This document shows positions 37,094 through 47,531 of a stretch of 64,000 bases of DNA, in pieces. Both the position numbers and the translations under genes were made by a program. The notes beneath the pieces were generated by a model, which saw only the letters and a list, made by a program, of their open reading frames with translations, did not search any database and had not been told where the DNA came from. Location: assembly GCA_046314355.1 (NCBI GenBank), contig JBKBWQ010000001.1:1248001-1312000 (forward strand). The letters run 5' to 3'. The stretch's first letter is position 1; each line of letters opens with the position of its first letter. This stretch comes from Candidatus Altimarinota bacterium (GTDB lineage Bacteria > Patescibacteriota > Gracilibacteria > 1-14-2-50-48-13).

Positions 37094-37660
37094 TTATGCA
37101 GTTACTTTTTCAAATGAATTACACTCATCGCATTTGTAAAATGCATTGTATGCTCTTCCAGTCTTCTTACTGATACCGGAAGGGACATATTTCATATATC
37201 CGTGAGTATCATCGAAGCTGCACATTTTGTGGTTCGGCAGGAAACTTGGAAGAGTGAGCTTTTCATTCTTTTCTACCTGCTCATCCTTCTCTGGATCATC
37301 ACCAGTAGGGATAAGGAATGAAGAAGTTAAGATATATTTAATGGCTCCTGTGATAGCCTTGTAGAGTGCTTTGTCGCCTTTATCTTCGCCAGATCCCATG
37401 AATTCTCCAGTAAGTTCTTCTCCTGACTCAAGATCGGTAAAGTAATATTTTACTTTTATGAGCAGAAGTGTGTCGTGTACCTGAGAGTCGATGACTTCTA
37501 GACGAAAGAGTATCTTTTGCGCTACAAGATGTTTATGGAGCGTTTCTTTTATAATTTTTTCTGAAGCATACTCATAATTGTGAAAATCATTTCTTTTGTC
37601 CTTTTCAATAAAAGGAACTGCTTTCATGATCGTATGCATCTTCGCGAGTAGATTTTTCAT
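37094..37660 (-). CDS. ERF-family ssDNA-annealing protein with C-terminal zinc-finger-like motif
   Basis: IEKDKRNDFHNYEYASE; GSGEDKGDKALYKAITGAIKYIL..LIPTGDDPE; C..H..GISKKTGRAY..FYKCDEC. Confidence 0.85.
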   Translation of the reverse strand: MKNLLAKMHTIMKAVPFIEKDKRNDFHNYEYASEKIIKETLHKHLVAQKILFRLEVIDSQVHDTLLLIKVKYYFTDLESGEELTGEFMGSGEDKGDKALYKAITGAIKYILTSSFLIPTGDDPEKDEQVEKNEKLTLPSFLPNHKMCSFDDTHGYMKYVPSGISKKTGRAYNAFYKCDECNSFEKVTA

Positions 37661-37914
37661 AGCTTTGAAAAATAATCAATAAAGTGTGCAGAGAAGGCTA
37701 CTTTGTGAAAATATTTTCAAAGGATGTATGAGAACTTATCCTTTTTTTAAGATAAATATAAAAAGTGAGGAAGAGTAAAATAATATAAGTTTTATTACAT
37801 GTTTATTATATATTTTACGTAAAAAATTGCAAGTATATGTCATAAAAATAACAGTATTGACCTATGTTACTGTCAGGAGTATTCTAAGGATAATTACCTC
37901 ATTACTTTGTTTTT

Positions 37915-38097
37915 ATGGCTAAGACTCCCATATCTACTCCTAAAAAGGAAACTTCAGATAAATATGAAGCAAAAATATGTATTTTTACATCTAAGGATAA
38001 ACGTGAAGCTCTTAAAGGAATATTAAAATCTGAAGGCAGGTCTCTTACAGGGGCTGTCAAATATTTGATAAAAAAAGAGTACGGAATCGAATTATAA
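37915..38097 (+). CDS. Small RHH-like DNA-binding protein, divergent from the ERF gene
   Basis: Beta-helix-helix pattern (ICIFTS..REALKGILKSEGRSLTGAVKYLI); TTGACC-N17-TATTCT upstream. Confidence 0.55.
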   Translation: MAKTPISTPKKETSDKYEAKICIFTSKDKREALKGILKSEGRSLTGAVKYLIKKEYGIEL

Positions 38098-38317
38098 TAG
38101 GTAGTAGAGTAGAGAAAATTAAAAATATTTAGAAGACGTAATGAATGTATTGTCAAGATGAGGAGAGGCTCTTTGTAAAATAGCTATAGTACTAGATTTT
38201 CTAAAGCATTTTTTTGTTTAGAAAGCTTAGTTTGGCTCTTAAGCTCACTTGTAATGGTTGATTTTCAGTAAAAATCGTGCATACTAAGAGTTGCTTTAGT
38301 TCTTCATCCCTATTCAC

Positions 38318-38578
38318 ATGGATAATCAAATTAGAAGAAACGATCCGCTAAAGACTTTTTCAGACATTCTTCTTCTTATAGGAGGTTTGAACTGGGGACT
38401 TACCGGACTCGGAAGATTGATAGCAGATCAGAACTGGAACGTTATAAACGTTGCATTAGGATCTGTTCCACAACTTGAGTGGTTTATCTACTTGCTAGTA
38501 GGTATCGCTGCTGTCTATAGCATTTATGCTTGGAATAGAGATGCAGCACATTATGGACGAACTGCACACATCCATTAG
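38318..38578 (+). CDS. DUF378-family small membrane protein
   Basis: LLIGGLNWGLTG..IYLLVGIAAVY. Confidence 0.88.
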   Translation: MDNQIRRNDPLKTFSDILLLIGGLNWGLTGLGRLIADQNWNVINVALGSVPQLEWFIYLLVGIAAVYSIYAWNRDAAHYGRTAHIH

Positions 38579-38586
38579 GAAAACGT

Positions 38587-38629
38587 AAAAAGCACCCGCC
38601 GCGTCAAACGCGGTTGGGTGCTTTTTTTT
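38587..38629 (+). terminator. Terminator with CCGCGTCAAACGCGG core
   Basis: AAAAAGCACCC..GGGTGCTTTTTTTT. Confidence 0.8.
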
Positions 38630-38696
38630 ATCATTATGGTCTTCTTGAGTTTCCTGGATTTTCTGTCATACTGCAGAGGAACTTTTTTTCTCATCT

Positions 38697-39506
38697 ATGA
38701 AACTCTCTATTCTTTGTCTGAACTTAAGCATCCCCGGATACAGTACGACAGAAAAATATAATGCAATGCTTGAGTCATTCTATATGTACCCGCCCACTGT
38801 AGAATTTGAAATAATTATGGTAGATAACGGATCAAGCGATCATGCTTTGGAATCCTTAAGATCAAGATGGGGAGATAAAATCACTCACTATATACAGCTT
38901 CCAAAGAATGTTGGTTTTCAGAGAGGAAATAATGAAGGAGTGAAAAGAGCATCAGGGGAATACCTGGTATTCATGAACCCTGATATTACGATACAAAAAG
39001 GCACGATGGATGCACTGGTACAGTATATGGATAAACATCCTGAGGTGGCAGTCACAGGTCCTCAGCTTATTTATCCAAGCGGAGCAGTGCAGGATTCTTA
39101 TCGGCGTTTTATGAGACCGCTGGATTTTCTGATCAAAAGGATCAAACCTCTGCACAGAATCCCATACTTTAAAAAGCGTATGATGCAGTACCTGCTCTGG
39201 AAGATAGATAATACAAAAGTGCAGGAGATCGACTGGATTGTAGGTGCGTTCATGATTGTCAGGAAGAGTATGTTTGATGCAATAGGAGGATATGACAACC
39301 GTTTCTTTCTTTTTAATGGAGATACAGATCTCTGCAGACAGTTCTGGGAAAAGGGGTGGAAGGTCATCTATAATCCGATGATCACAGCTGGACATAAGGA
39401 ATCGCGCCTCTCAGGAAATGGATTCTTTGACGCATTGTTTAAGAAGACTGCATGGATACATGTATTTGATATGGTAAAGTATTTTTTGAAGTGGGGGATT
39501 AAGTAA
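38697..39506 (+). CDS. Glycosyltransferase family 2 (WbbL-like)
   Basis: VDNGSSD; NVGFQRGNN; MNPD; DWIVGAFM; GYDNRFFL..DTDLC. Confidence 0.9.
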   Translation: MKLSILCLNLSIPGYSTTEKYNAMLESFYMYPPTVEFEIIMVDNGSSDHALESLRSRWGDKITHYIQLPKNVGFQRGNNEGVKRASGEYLVFMNPDITIQKGTMDALVQYMDKHPEVAVTGPQLIYPSGAVQDSYRRFMRPLDFLIKRIKPLHRIPYFKKRMMQYLLWKIDNTKVQEIDWIVGAFMIVRKSMFDAIGGYDNRFFLFNGDTDLCRQFWEKGWKVIYNPMITAGHKESRLSGNGFFDALFKKTAWIHVFDMVKYFLKWGIK

Positions 39507-39645
39507 GCTGACGCTTACTAGTGACTAGATTTTGGTCGCTAGTAACTAGAATCTAGTGGGCGCTGGTTGGGGGACAGGATGAATGTTTAGAAGTATGAGT
39601 ATTAAAAAAGCACAGATAATACTATCTGTGCTTTTTACTGTCACT

Positions 39646-40884
39646 TTAGTACATTCTCGTATCCGTTGACTTAGCAAACTCAGCAAAGGTAATCTCATCC
39701 TTTGTAAGTGTAAAAGTAACTGTATCGCTATCTCCAAAAGTAAGAGTATTGCCCGCTAGACGTATGGCTGTAGGACCATACGAAAAGCCAAGGAGGAAAT
39801 TTTTATCTGCTTCTGAATCTCGTGATGCAAGGAAGGATTTCACTTTTGGTGAGATGGTGATGGTCCTCTCTTCCAAGTTTGGATTGCCTGTATTAACGAT
39901 CACTATACTCTCTAAATCTTTTAATGGATGGGAAGTATTGGCATCAATTTTTGAGATACCTTTATATGTTGCAAAAAAGATATCTCCGCTCTTCTGATCT
40001 TCAGTGATAAAGGATTCAAGCGTGATATTTTTAATGGATTTTCCCGTAAGAGAAGTAACTTTTATAGGACCGCTGGACGGCATATAGTCCCCCCACGGAC
40101 CTCTGTAGATCTCGTACGCGTGTCCAAACCAGGCTATTGTGCGTTCATTGATGCCGTCGTAGAGAAATGGAGAGTACGCGAGTTCGCCTTTTACATTTTT
40201 TGATGTACCTTCTGAGGAAGCATTGTAGTCTATAAAGTTGTTCTCAGGGGCAGCATTATTGACGCTAAGAAGCACATCTTTTGTACTATCATATGTGTAG
40301 AGTGCATCCGGTGTGGATGAGAAGTTTATAAAGACGCCTGGTCCAATCTCCTTAGAGACTTCTGCACCTTGCATTGTAAATACTATGAAAAGATAGCTTC
40401 CTTTTTTATTGAAAGCTTCTTTTGCATAAAGACCTTGATCCTTTTCTACAGCCAGCTGAACCTTTGTGTCATTGGCAGTGAAGGGAGTTATTTTCTGTGT
40501 ACTTGGCTGGTAGCTGTATACTTTGCTGTCTTTGATAATAAGAAGATAGTCCTTTGGCAAAGCATCTATCTCAAGAAATTCATATCCTGCAGGAGCTTTC
40601 ATCGAATTTGCGACGACATTGCCGTTTCCATCATTTTGACTAGCTTCACTGCATCGGTAGAAGGTACACCCTTCGCTGAAACTCACGAAGGTATCTTTTT
40701 TCAGGGAACGGGCTGCAAACTGTGCAGGTTTTTTCCCAGCTGCAGATTCAACAAGGGTGTTGAGATTTGTTTGATCAAGCGGTGGAGTATCCGTATTTAC
40801 ATTTATGTTGCTTACCTGTGTGGTATTGGCACATCCTGTAAAAATGATACTGATGACTAAAGAGGCGAGCAGCTGCTTTTTCAT
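39646..40884 (-). CDS. Lipoprotein of unknown function
   Basis: Lipobox FTGC; 412-aa beta-rich ORF. Confidence 0.8.
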   Translation of the reverse strand: MKKQLLASLVISIIFTGCANTTQVSNINVNTDTPPLDQTNLNTLVESAAGKKPAQFAARSLKKDTFVSFSEGCTFYRCSEASQNDGNGNVVANSMKAPAGYEFLEIDALPKDYLLIIKDSKVYSYQPSTQKITPFTANDTKVQLAVEKDQGLYAKEAFNKKGSYLFIVFTMQGAEVSKEIGPGVFINFSSTPDALYTYDSTKDVLLSVNNAAPENNFIDYNASSEGTSKNVKGELAYSPFLYDGINERTIAWFGHAYEIYRGPWGDYMPSSGPIKVTSLTGKSIKNITLESFITEDQKSGDIFFATYKGISKIDANTSHPLKDLESIVIVNTGNPNLEERTITISPKVKSFLASRDSEADKNFLLGFSYGPTAIRLAGNTLTFGDSDTVTFTLTKDEITFAEFAKSTDTRMY

Positions 40885-41002
40885 GAAGTAGAATATAAAG
40901 TATTAGTTCACATTATAAGCAAAAGTATTGAGAAAGGTTACATAAAAATGAATTTGCTAGAATGTATTGTCATTCTTGCTTCTGTACTTATAATTCCTTC
41001 AT

Positions 41003-42436
41003 ATGCTACAGCTACAAAACGTTACAATCAGCCATGGAGTACAGACATTTATTGAAAATGTTTCTTTTTCCATGGAAGGAAAAGCCAAGAAACGTATCGC
41101 TCTCTTGGGGGCAAACGGTACGGGAAAATCTTCTCTTTTGAAGGTGCTTGCGGGAATAGATGAACCTGCTGGAGGATCCCGTTCTCTGAGCCGTGAAATG
41201 ATCGGCTACGTGCCGCAGGAGCTGGTGATAGATGAACAGGTGAAATTGGGAGACTATATGGAGACTCTACTGGTGGAATCATGGATGAGCTACCGGATCG
41301 TGATCGCCCTGGATGAAGTGGGACTTGCAGAGGATATTTTAGAAAAGAATATCGGTATGCTCTCGGGCGGTGAAAAAGTACGTTTGAGTATTGCGATCGC
41401 TCTCCTCTCTGAACCTACGATCCTGCTGCTCGATGAGCCGACCAATCATCTCGATGATCAGGGCTTACTTTGGCTTGGTGAATTCCTGACTAGCTTCTCA
41501 GGATCTCTCCTTATGATTACTCATGACCGTGCTTTTATCAATACGTATCTGACAGAGCTTTGGGAGATCGATCTGCAGTATAAAGTGCTGCAGAAATTTA
41601 CTGGAAACTATGATGATTTCTTACTCCAGAAGGAAAAACTCTACGAAATAGCAATGCGAGACTATAAGCGTTACCAGGATCAGATAGATGAGGCAGCACT
41701 TTGGCTGAAGGAAAATGAATTTCATCCGAAGTTCAGATTCTCCGACCGTGTGATGGCAAAGAAAAAGCAGCTTGCAGATCTATTGGAAAAAAGACCTCCT
41801 GAGCCTATCCTCCGCAAATCTGTAAAATTCCTGAAGCCTCTCCAGACGAGTGAACAGAGACTTTTGAAACTCAATATTCAGGAAAAGAAGATAGGAGGAA
41901 ATATTATTCTGAAAGACAAAGAGATCATTATCCGTGTGGGAGACCGTATCCGGATCATGGGTGAAAACGGCAGCGGAAAGACTACGCTTCTCAGGATCCT
42001 TGCGAAGGCAGATAAGGATTTTACAGGTGAATATTCAGATGGAGTAAATCTCAAACTTGCATACTTGGAGCAAGGCGTCTCTCTTCCGCAGGATAAAAAA
42101 ATGCTGGATTATGTCCTGGACACAGTATACGGAGACCATACTTCACTCCGTCGTATGCTTGCGCATTATCTATTCAATGACAATCAGATGGATCAGAAGA
42201 TAGGTAACTTGAGCTTTGGTGAACAGAAACGTCTAGAACTTGCGATCATGCTTCAGCAAAAGCCAAATCTCCTGCTGATGGATGAGCCGACGAATCATCT
42301 TGATATCTTTGCCAGAGAGGATCTGGAGAAATTCCTCATTGAGGAGGCACCGAGTATTATTGTGATTACTCATGACGCGTATTTTGCTGATAAGATAGGA
42401 TTTACAAAGGAGATTGTTCTTGAAAAGGGCAGATAG
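41003..42436 (+). CDS. ABC-F family ribosome-associated ATPase
   Basis: Two ABC domains (GANGTGKS, LSGGE, LDEPTNHLD; GENGSGKT, LSFGE, MDEPTNHLD); no TM. Confidence 0.93.
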   Translation: MLQLQNVTISHGVQTFIENVSFSMEGKAKKRIALLGANGTGKSSLLKVLAGIDEPAGGSRSLSREMIGYVPQELVIDEQVKLGDYMETLLVESWMSYRIVIALDEVGLAEDILEKNIGMLSGGEKVRLSIAIALLSEPTILLLDEPTNHLDDQGLLWLGEFLTSFSGSLLMITHDRAFINTYLTELWEIDLQYKVLQKFTGNYDDFLLQKEKLYEIAMRDYKRYQDQIDEAALWLKENEFHPKFRFSDRVMAKKKQLADLLEKRPPEPILRKSVKFLKPLQTSEQRLLKLNIQEKKIGGNIILKDKEIIIRVGDRIRIMGENGSGKTTLLRILAKADKDFTGEYSDGVNLKLAYLEQGVSLPQDKKMLDYVLDTVYGDHTSLRRMLAHYLFNDNQMDQKIGNLSFGEQKRLELAIMLQQKPNLLLMDEPTNHLDIFAREDLEKFLIEEAPSIIVITHDAYFADKIGFTKEIVLEKGR

Positions 42437-42604
42437 AAAAAAAGGGAACCTATGGGATTCCCCGTCCTTTTGTTTACTGGTGTTTTTTGTTTTGCAAACG
42501 TTATTATAGAGAGATTGGTAAAAAGAAGGTAAGAAAAGAAAAACTTTTCCTCTTCTTAATTTTAAGCTACAGTGAGGGATGACTTACTCTCTTATCCAAT
42601 GCCC

Positions 42605-43432
42605 ATGAGATACCTTCTACTTGCTGTAAGCTTTCTCTTCCTTGCGGGATGCGCGAATGAAAGCACGGTGAATACTACTGTTTCAAATGTAAATACGAAC
42701 ACAACTGTCACGTCCGCTGAACCTGTCATGACTACTTCTGCCAGCGGTAATCTCATACAGACTCAGGAAGTAACATACTATGGCAATGTGAAAGGATACC
42801 TGGCATATAATCCTGCACTTTCTTCACTGCGTCCGGCTGTGATAGTGGTGCACGAGTGGTGGGGACTGAATGATAATATGAGAGAGATCGCGATGAAGCT
42901 TGCTGACGAAGGATATGTAGCATTAGCGGTGGATCTCTATGATGGTAAACTTGCTACTACGCAGGATGAGGCTAGGACTTATTCTTCTGCGGCACGGGCA
43001 AACCCGGCGGAAGCTATGAAAAACCTAGATGCAGGTATCTCATATCTTAAGACGTTACAGAATGTAAATAAGGATCTCATAGGTGCGATCGGATACTGTT
43101 TCGGAGGTACATGGTCCTATGAACTTGCGAGACAGACGAAGGATCTGAAAGCTTCTGTGATGTATTATGGACAGTTTAAGCCGGAGGATCCGTTTACAAA
43201 CGCAGATACTGCTGTACTTGGACATTTTGGTGAAGCAGATACGAGTATTCCTCTTGCAAATGTAGAGAAGCTCAAAAGTACTTTGGCTGGTGTCTCTGCT
43301 CAGGATGTGATCTACACTTATCCAGGTGCGGGTCATGCCTTTGCAAACAAGGGTAGCGCAAACTATAAGGAAGAACCTGCGCAGCTTGCATGGGGAAGGA
43401 CGCTTGCATTTTTGAGAGATCACTTGAAATAA
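42605..43432 (+). CDS. Dienelactone hydrolase-family lipoprotein
   Basis: Lipobox LAGC; VHEWWGLN; GYCFGG; YPGAGHAFAN. Confidence 0.92.
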   Translation: MRYLLLAVSFLFLAGCANESTVNTTVSNVNTNTTVTSAEPVMTTSASGNLIQTQEVTYYGNVKGYLAYNPALSSLRPAVIVVHEWWGLNDNMREIAMKLADEGYVALAVDLYDGKLATTQDEARTYSSAARANPAEAMKNLDAGISYLKTLQNVNKDLIGAIGYCFGGTWSYELARQTKDLKASVMYYGQFKPEDPFTNADTAVLGHFGEADTSIPLANVEKLKSTLAGVSAQDVIYTYPGAGHAFANKGSANYKEEPAQLAWGRTLAFLRDHLK

Positions 43433-43481
43433 GAAGTAATATAAAAAAGACTCCTCAATAGTTGAGGAGTCTTTTTTAATA

Positions 43482-43820
43482 TCATGAGATGTTTTGGAGT
43501 TCCACTAATGTTTGTTTCATGTGTTTATTGAGTTCAGACAAATTTAAAGTTACTTTCTCATTCTTTTCATAAATACAAACTGGTGTAAGAAGATCATTAC
43601 GTTTTAGCAGAAAAATATATACTCTGTAGCCAGCTGATTTACCTCTGTTGTTTTTCTTTAAACGTATTTTGTAAATATTCCCAGAAATCTTTGCTGCAAG
43701 CAGTACATTAAATGTCTCAAAGGTTTTAATAAAGTTCTCTTTTAGAGCAGCATCTTTTTTACACAGTATTCTCAGCTGTTTCTTGAAATGCTGCGTAATA
43801 AAGACTTTATACATCTGCAA
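43482..43820 (-). CDS. RelE/HigB-like toxin
   Basis: TQHFKKQLR; IYKIRL..RGKSAGYRV; IYEKNEK. Confidence 0.85.
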   Translation of the reverse strand: MQMYKVFITQHFKKQLRILCKKDAALKENFIKTFETFNVLLAAKISGNIYKIRLKKNNRGKSAGYRVYIFLLKRNDLLTPVCIYEKNEKVTLNLSELNKHMKQTLVELQNIS

Positions 43821-44052
43821 GCTGAGCTTTGAGTGAAGTAGGTATTTTTCCTTTTTTATCCAACTGAATTAGTATATCTGAGAGTTCTTGGGAGAGCGCA
43901 TTAAGTTTTAATAGCTCACTATTCCTATGGTATTTATAGAATTTGATGAGAAATCTGAAAAACTCTGCTTTGCTGTCATAACCCTCATCCTGCATAAAGG
44001 TTTTTAACTCCTGATCGAAGGTTTCGTTCACTTTGAAAAATATTGAGGACAT
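43807..44052 (-). CDS. RHH-type antitoxin
   Basis: GYDSKAEFFRFLI; overlaps the toxin start. Confidence 0.8.
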   Translation of the reverse strand: MSSIFFKVNETFDQELKTFMQDEGYDSKAEFFRFLIKFYKYHRNSELLKLNALSQELSDILIQLDKKGKIPTSLKAQLADV

Positions 44053-44254
44053 AAGGAATAGTATATCAAATATATATCAATTATATAGTATATTGATATT
44101 TCTGTATACTGTTTTGAGCATACTTACATATATGACAGTCTGCAACCAGCTAGTGTAATTATATCTTATAAACAGGGACAGTTCATAAGTCTGTTTCAGG
44201 TTTCCAGTGAGATCTTAATGTGTTATAAATGACTTATGATTCCTCATATTTACT

Positions 44255-45217
44255 ATGCTCTCACGCTCAATCCTTAAGAAAATATATATAGCTTTTGGTA
44301 CACTGCTGGGAATACTTCTTTGTCTTCTCGGCTACTTACTTTTCCCCTATACACTTCCAGCTGCATCTGGAGAATTTACTCTCATAGCCCACCGCGGAGT
44401 GCATCAGACTTTTCCATTGGATGGGCTGGAAAATGATACCTGTACTGCGAGTATCATGAATACTCCTACTCACGAGTATCTGGAGAATACGATTCCTTCT
44501 ATCCGGAAAGCCTTTGAGAGCGGAGCTAATATAGTGGAAATAGATATTCATCCCACTACGGATAACAGACTCGCTGTCTTTCATGACTGGACCATTGACT
44601 GCAGGACAAATGGAAAAGGAGTGACTCGTGAACAAAGTATGGAGTACCTCAAGACTCTGGATATCGGATACGGATATACGGCGGATGGAGGGAAGACCTT
44701 TCCAATGCGGGGGAAAGGCATCGGTATGATGCCGACGATAGAGGAAGTGCTGGATGCTTTTCCAGGTAAGAAATTTGCGGTAAATCAGAAGGATACCTTT
44801 GATAGGACAACGGATCTATTGGCTTCAGTACTTGAAAAATATCCAGTAAACACACGGGAAAATATTTATTATTATACGGCTACAAAGCAGTATGAGCTGC
44901 TCAAGGCAAAGACCCCTGAAGTAAAAAAAGATATGCCCACACGCGGAGAAGAGAAAGCATGTATACCAGAATATCTGGGGATGCTCTTTACAGGAAAAGT
45001 CACCGAGAACTGTAGAAGATATATCATGGGAATCCCTGCCCGCTATCTGATATATGCACCAGGATGGCCGAATCTTTTTCTGATGAGAGCGAGGCAGGCG
45101 GACTTAAAAGTATATATTATAGATGTGGATAGCCGGGAAGAATATGAATACCTAAGATCATTGCCCATCGATGGTATTACGACGAATAAGATAGAGTTGA
45201 TGGATTCTTTTGAATAA
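44255..45217 (+). CDS. Glycerophosphodiester phosphodiesterase family protein
   Basis: N-terminal TM; IAHRG; ENTI; EIDIH; VFHD; DGITTN. Confidence 0.92.
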   Translation: MLSRSILKKIYIAFGTLLGILLCLLGYLLFPYTLPAASGEFTLIAHRGVHQTFPLDGLENDTCTASIMNTPTHEYLENTIPSIRKAFESGANIVEIDIHPTTDNRLAVFHDWTIDCRTNGKGVTREQSMEYLKTLDIGYGYTADGGKTFPMRGKGIGMMPTIEEVLDAFPGKKFAVNQKDTFDRTTDLLASVLEKYPVNTRENIYYYTATKQYELLKAKTPEVKKDMPTRGEEKACIPEYLGMLFTGKVTENCRRYIMGIPARYLIYAPGWPNLFLMRARQADLKVYIIDVDSREEYEYLRSLPIDGITTNKIELMDSFE

Positions 45218-45257
45218 ATACAAAAGCCTGCTAGGATAAAAATATATATTTTATGTA

Positions 45258-45683
45258 ATGCCTATGCAGCCTCGACTCTCTCTCGTCACACTTGGTACTT
45301 TGGACTTCGATCGTGCAGTAAAATTCTATCGTGATGGTCTCGGGTGGGAAGCACAGCTTCATGAAGATACTGCTTTCTTTCAGCTGCCTGGGATTATTCT
45401 GAGTATTTATCCGAGAGAAAAGCTTGCGGCGGATGCTAAGATAAGTCCGGAAGGGAATGGTTTTTCAGGTATCACGCTTGCATACAACACTGGAAGCGAA
45501 GCAGAGGTAAATGAAGTATTTGAGACGGTAAAAAATCTTGGTGCAGAGATCATAAAAATACCTGAGAAAGTATTCTGGGGCGGATATAGCGGATATTTTA
45601 AGGATCCGGATGGTTTTCTTTGGGAGGTCGCTTTTAATCCTTTTTGGAAAATGCATGAGGATGGACGAGTAACATTGGCATAA
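45258..45683 (+). CDS. VOC/glyoxalase family protein
   Basis: VTLG..FYRDGLGW; FWGGYSGYFKDPDGFLWEVAFNP. Confidence 0.93.
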   Translation: MPMQPRLSLVTLGTLDFDRAVKFYRDGLGWEAQLHEDTAFFQLPGIILSIYPREKLAADAKISPEGNGFSGITLAYNTGSEAEVNEVFETVKNLGAEIIKIPEKVFWGGYSGYFKDPDGFLWEVAFNPFWKMHEDGRVTLA

Positions 45684-45731
45684 TAAAAGAGCTGTCATTG
45701 ATGACAACTCTTGTGTGGAAGATCATAGCCC

Positions 45732-46037
45732 TCACTGGATCTTTGAGAGAAAAAAATAGAGCGCTTTCCGCTCTGCATCTAGTTTTTTCTCATCCAATGG
45801 GAGTGATTTTGTTTCCTCTTTTTGTTTTAGACTAAGTAGAAAAGGCGGTATGGGTGCAGCATGAAATTCGAGAATACAGGAAGAGAATTTGAAGAGATAC
45901 TGATACGGAATCTTTTCTTCACCACTTTCTATAGACTCGAGATAAGTAGGTCCCAACTGCATTCTGAATGCTGCATCAAGGACATCAAGTCCAAGTGCTT
46001 CCCGTAAAGCCTTTAGTTCTTCAGCGAGAGTTTTCAT
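45732..46037 (-). CDS. XRE/Cro-type HTH protein
   Basis: AAGGAG SD; MKTLAEELKALREALGL..AAFRMQLGPTYLESIESG. Confidence 0.7.
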   Translation of the reverse strand: MKTLAEELKALREALGLDVLDAAFRMQLGPTYLESIESGEEKIPYQYLFKFSSCILEFHAAPIPPFLLSLKQKEETKSLPLDEKKLDAERKALYFFLSKIQ

Positions 46038-46186
46038 TTTGTATTCTCCTTTTTTATATATTTTTTGTGAGTATAGTAAGTACACTGCTGAATGTACAAC
46101 AGATCGGCTGTGAAAGAGGCAAATATGACAGAGTTTTGACCCATCAGACTTGCTGAAAATACTATTTATGAGATAAGAACTATTTT

Positions 46187-47488
46187 GTGGAAATCGATCA
46201 TAATCCGGAACTAGATCGCGCACTTCATCTGCTGGATAATACTTCAAGTCACGTGATCCTCACAGGTCGCGCGGGTACAGGTAAATCCACGCTTCTTACC
46301 TATTTTCGTCTACATACGAAAAAGAAAGCTGTGGTACTTGCGCCAACTGGTATTGCTGCGGTGAATGTGCAGGGAGAGACGATCCATTCTTTTTGCGGAT
46401 TCAAGCCGAGTGTCACGCTTTTTTCTGCTTTGAAAAGGGCAAAGAATCTCAAGAAAAAGGAGAGGGAAATGTATAAGGCGGTCCAAATGATAGTAATTGA
46501 TGAGATCTCGATGGTGAGAGCTGATCTTCTGGATATAGTGGATAGATTTCTCAGAAAAGCAGTGGGAGATGAAGCTCCTTTTGGAGGAAAACAGATGGTA
46601 TTTATAGGAGATCTGTATCAGCTTCCTCCAGTCCTGCGTGAGGAAGATAAGGAAGACTATGCGGTATTTTATAAGACTCCATATTTTTTCAGCTCCCAGG
46701 TCATCAAGGAAATGCTCTGGTCTGCATTCCCGCCAGAACACGTGGAGCTGACACGCATCTACCGTCAGGAGCAGCAGGAGTTTATAGAACTGCTCAATGC
46801 TATCCGTGATGGATCCTGTACACAAAGAGACATAACGAAACTTAACGAACGCAAGATACAGCTCCCGCCTGAATCAAATGCTATTCATCTCACTGCCACC
46901 AATAAGCAGGCCGATATAGAAAATCAGACAAGGCTTGATGATCTCGACGAGGCTCTGGAAATGTATCAGGCGAAGGTCACTGGAGATATTGATGAACGTA
47001 TTTTTCCTGTAAAAGATGTGCTGGAGATCAAAAAAGGCGCACGGATCATGATGACCAATAACGAGACAGACGGCAGGTGGCAGAATGGATCACTAGGCAC
47101 AGTAATAAATTGTGATGAAAACGGGATAGAAGTACACCTGGATAACGGACGAATCTGTGAGATAGATCCTTTTAGATGGGACATGTATCATACGGTGCTG
47201 GATGAAGAAAAGGGACAACTGGAGCAGAAATCTGTAGGATCATTTACACAGTATCCCATCAAACTTGCCTGGGCGATCACTATTCACAAGAGTCAGGGAC
47301 AGACCTTTGATGAAGTGCTCATAGATCTCGGATGGGGAGCCTTTGCGGAGGGTCAGACTTATGTGGCGCTATCCCGGTGCAGGACTTTTGAAGGGATTTA
47401 TCTCAAGAAAGCACTGCAGATGAGGGATGTGAAAGTGGATTTGAGGATCGGGGCTTTTTTTGAAGTATTGAAAATGAAGAAGATATAA
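46187..47488 (+). CDS. Pif1/RecD-like SF1B DNA helicase
   Basis: TGRAGTGKST; APTGIAA; IDEISMV; GDLYQLPPV; RIYRQ; AWAITIHKSQGQT; YVALSR. Confidence 0.93.
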   Translation: MEIDHNPELDRALHLLDNTSSHVILTGRAGTGKSTLLTYFRLHTKKKAVVLAPTGIAAVNVQGETIHSFCGFKPSVTLFSALKRAKNLKKKEREMYKAVQMIVIDEISMVRADLLDIVDRFLRKAVGDEAPFGGKQMVFIGDLYQLPPVLREEDKEDYAVFYKTPYFFSSQVIKEMLWSAFPPEHVELTRIYRQEQQEFIELLNAIRDGSCTQRDITKLNERKIQLPPESNAIHLTATNKQADIENQTRLDDLDEALEMYQAKVTGDIDERIFPVKDVLEIKKGARIMMTNNETDGRWQNGSLGTVINCDENGIEVHLDNGRICEIDPFRWDMYHTVLDEEKGQLEQKSVGSFTQYPIKLAWAITIHKSQGQTFDEVLIDLGWGAFAEGQTYVALSRCRTFEGIYLKKALQMRDVKVDLRIGAFFEVLKMKKI

Positions 47489-47531
47489 AAAAGCCCGGGA
47501 AGAGCTTTCCCGGAAGTTCTGCATACACATA

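Noticed and set aside
45732-47488. 171-aa ORF overlapping the Pif1-like helicase start
   Set aside because: The SD-supported start at 46037 gives a 101-aa HTH protein with no overlap.
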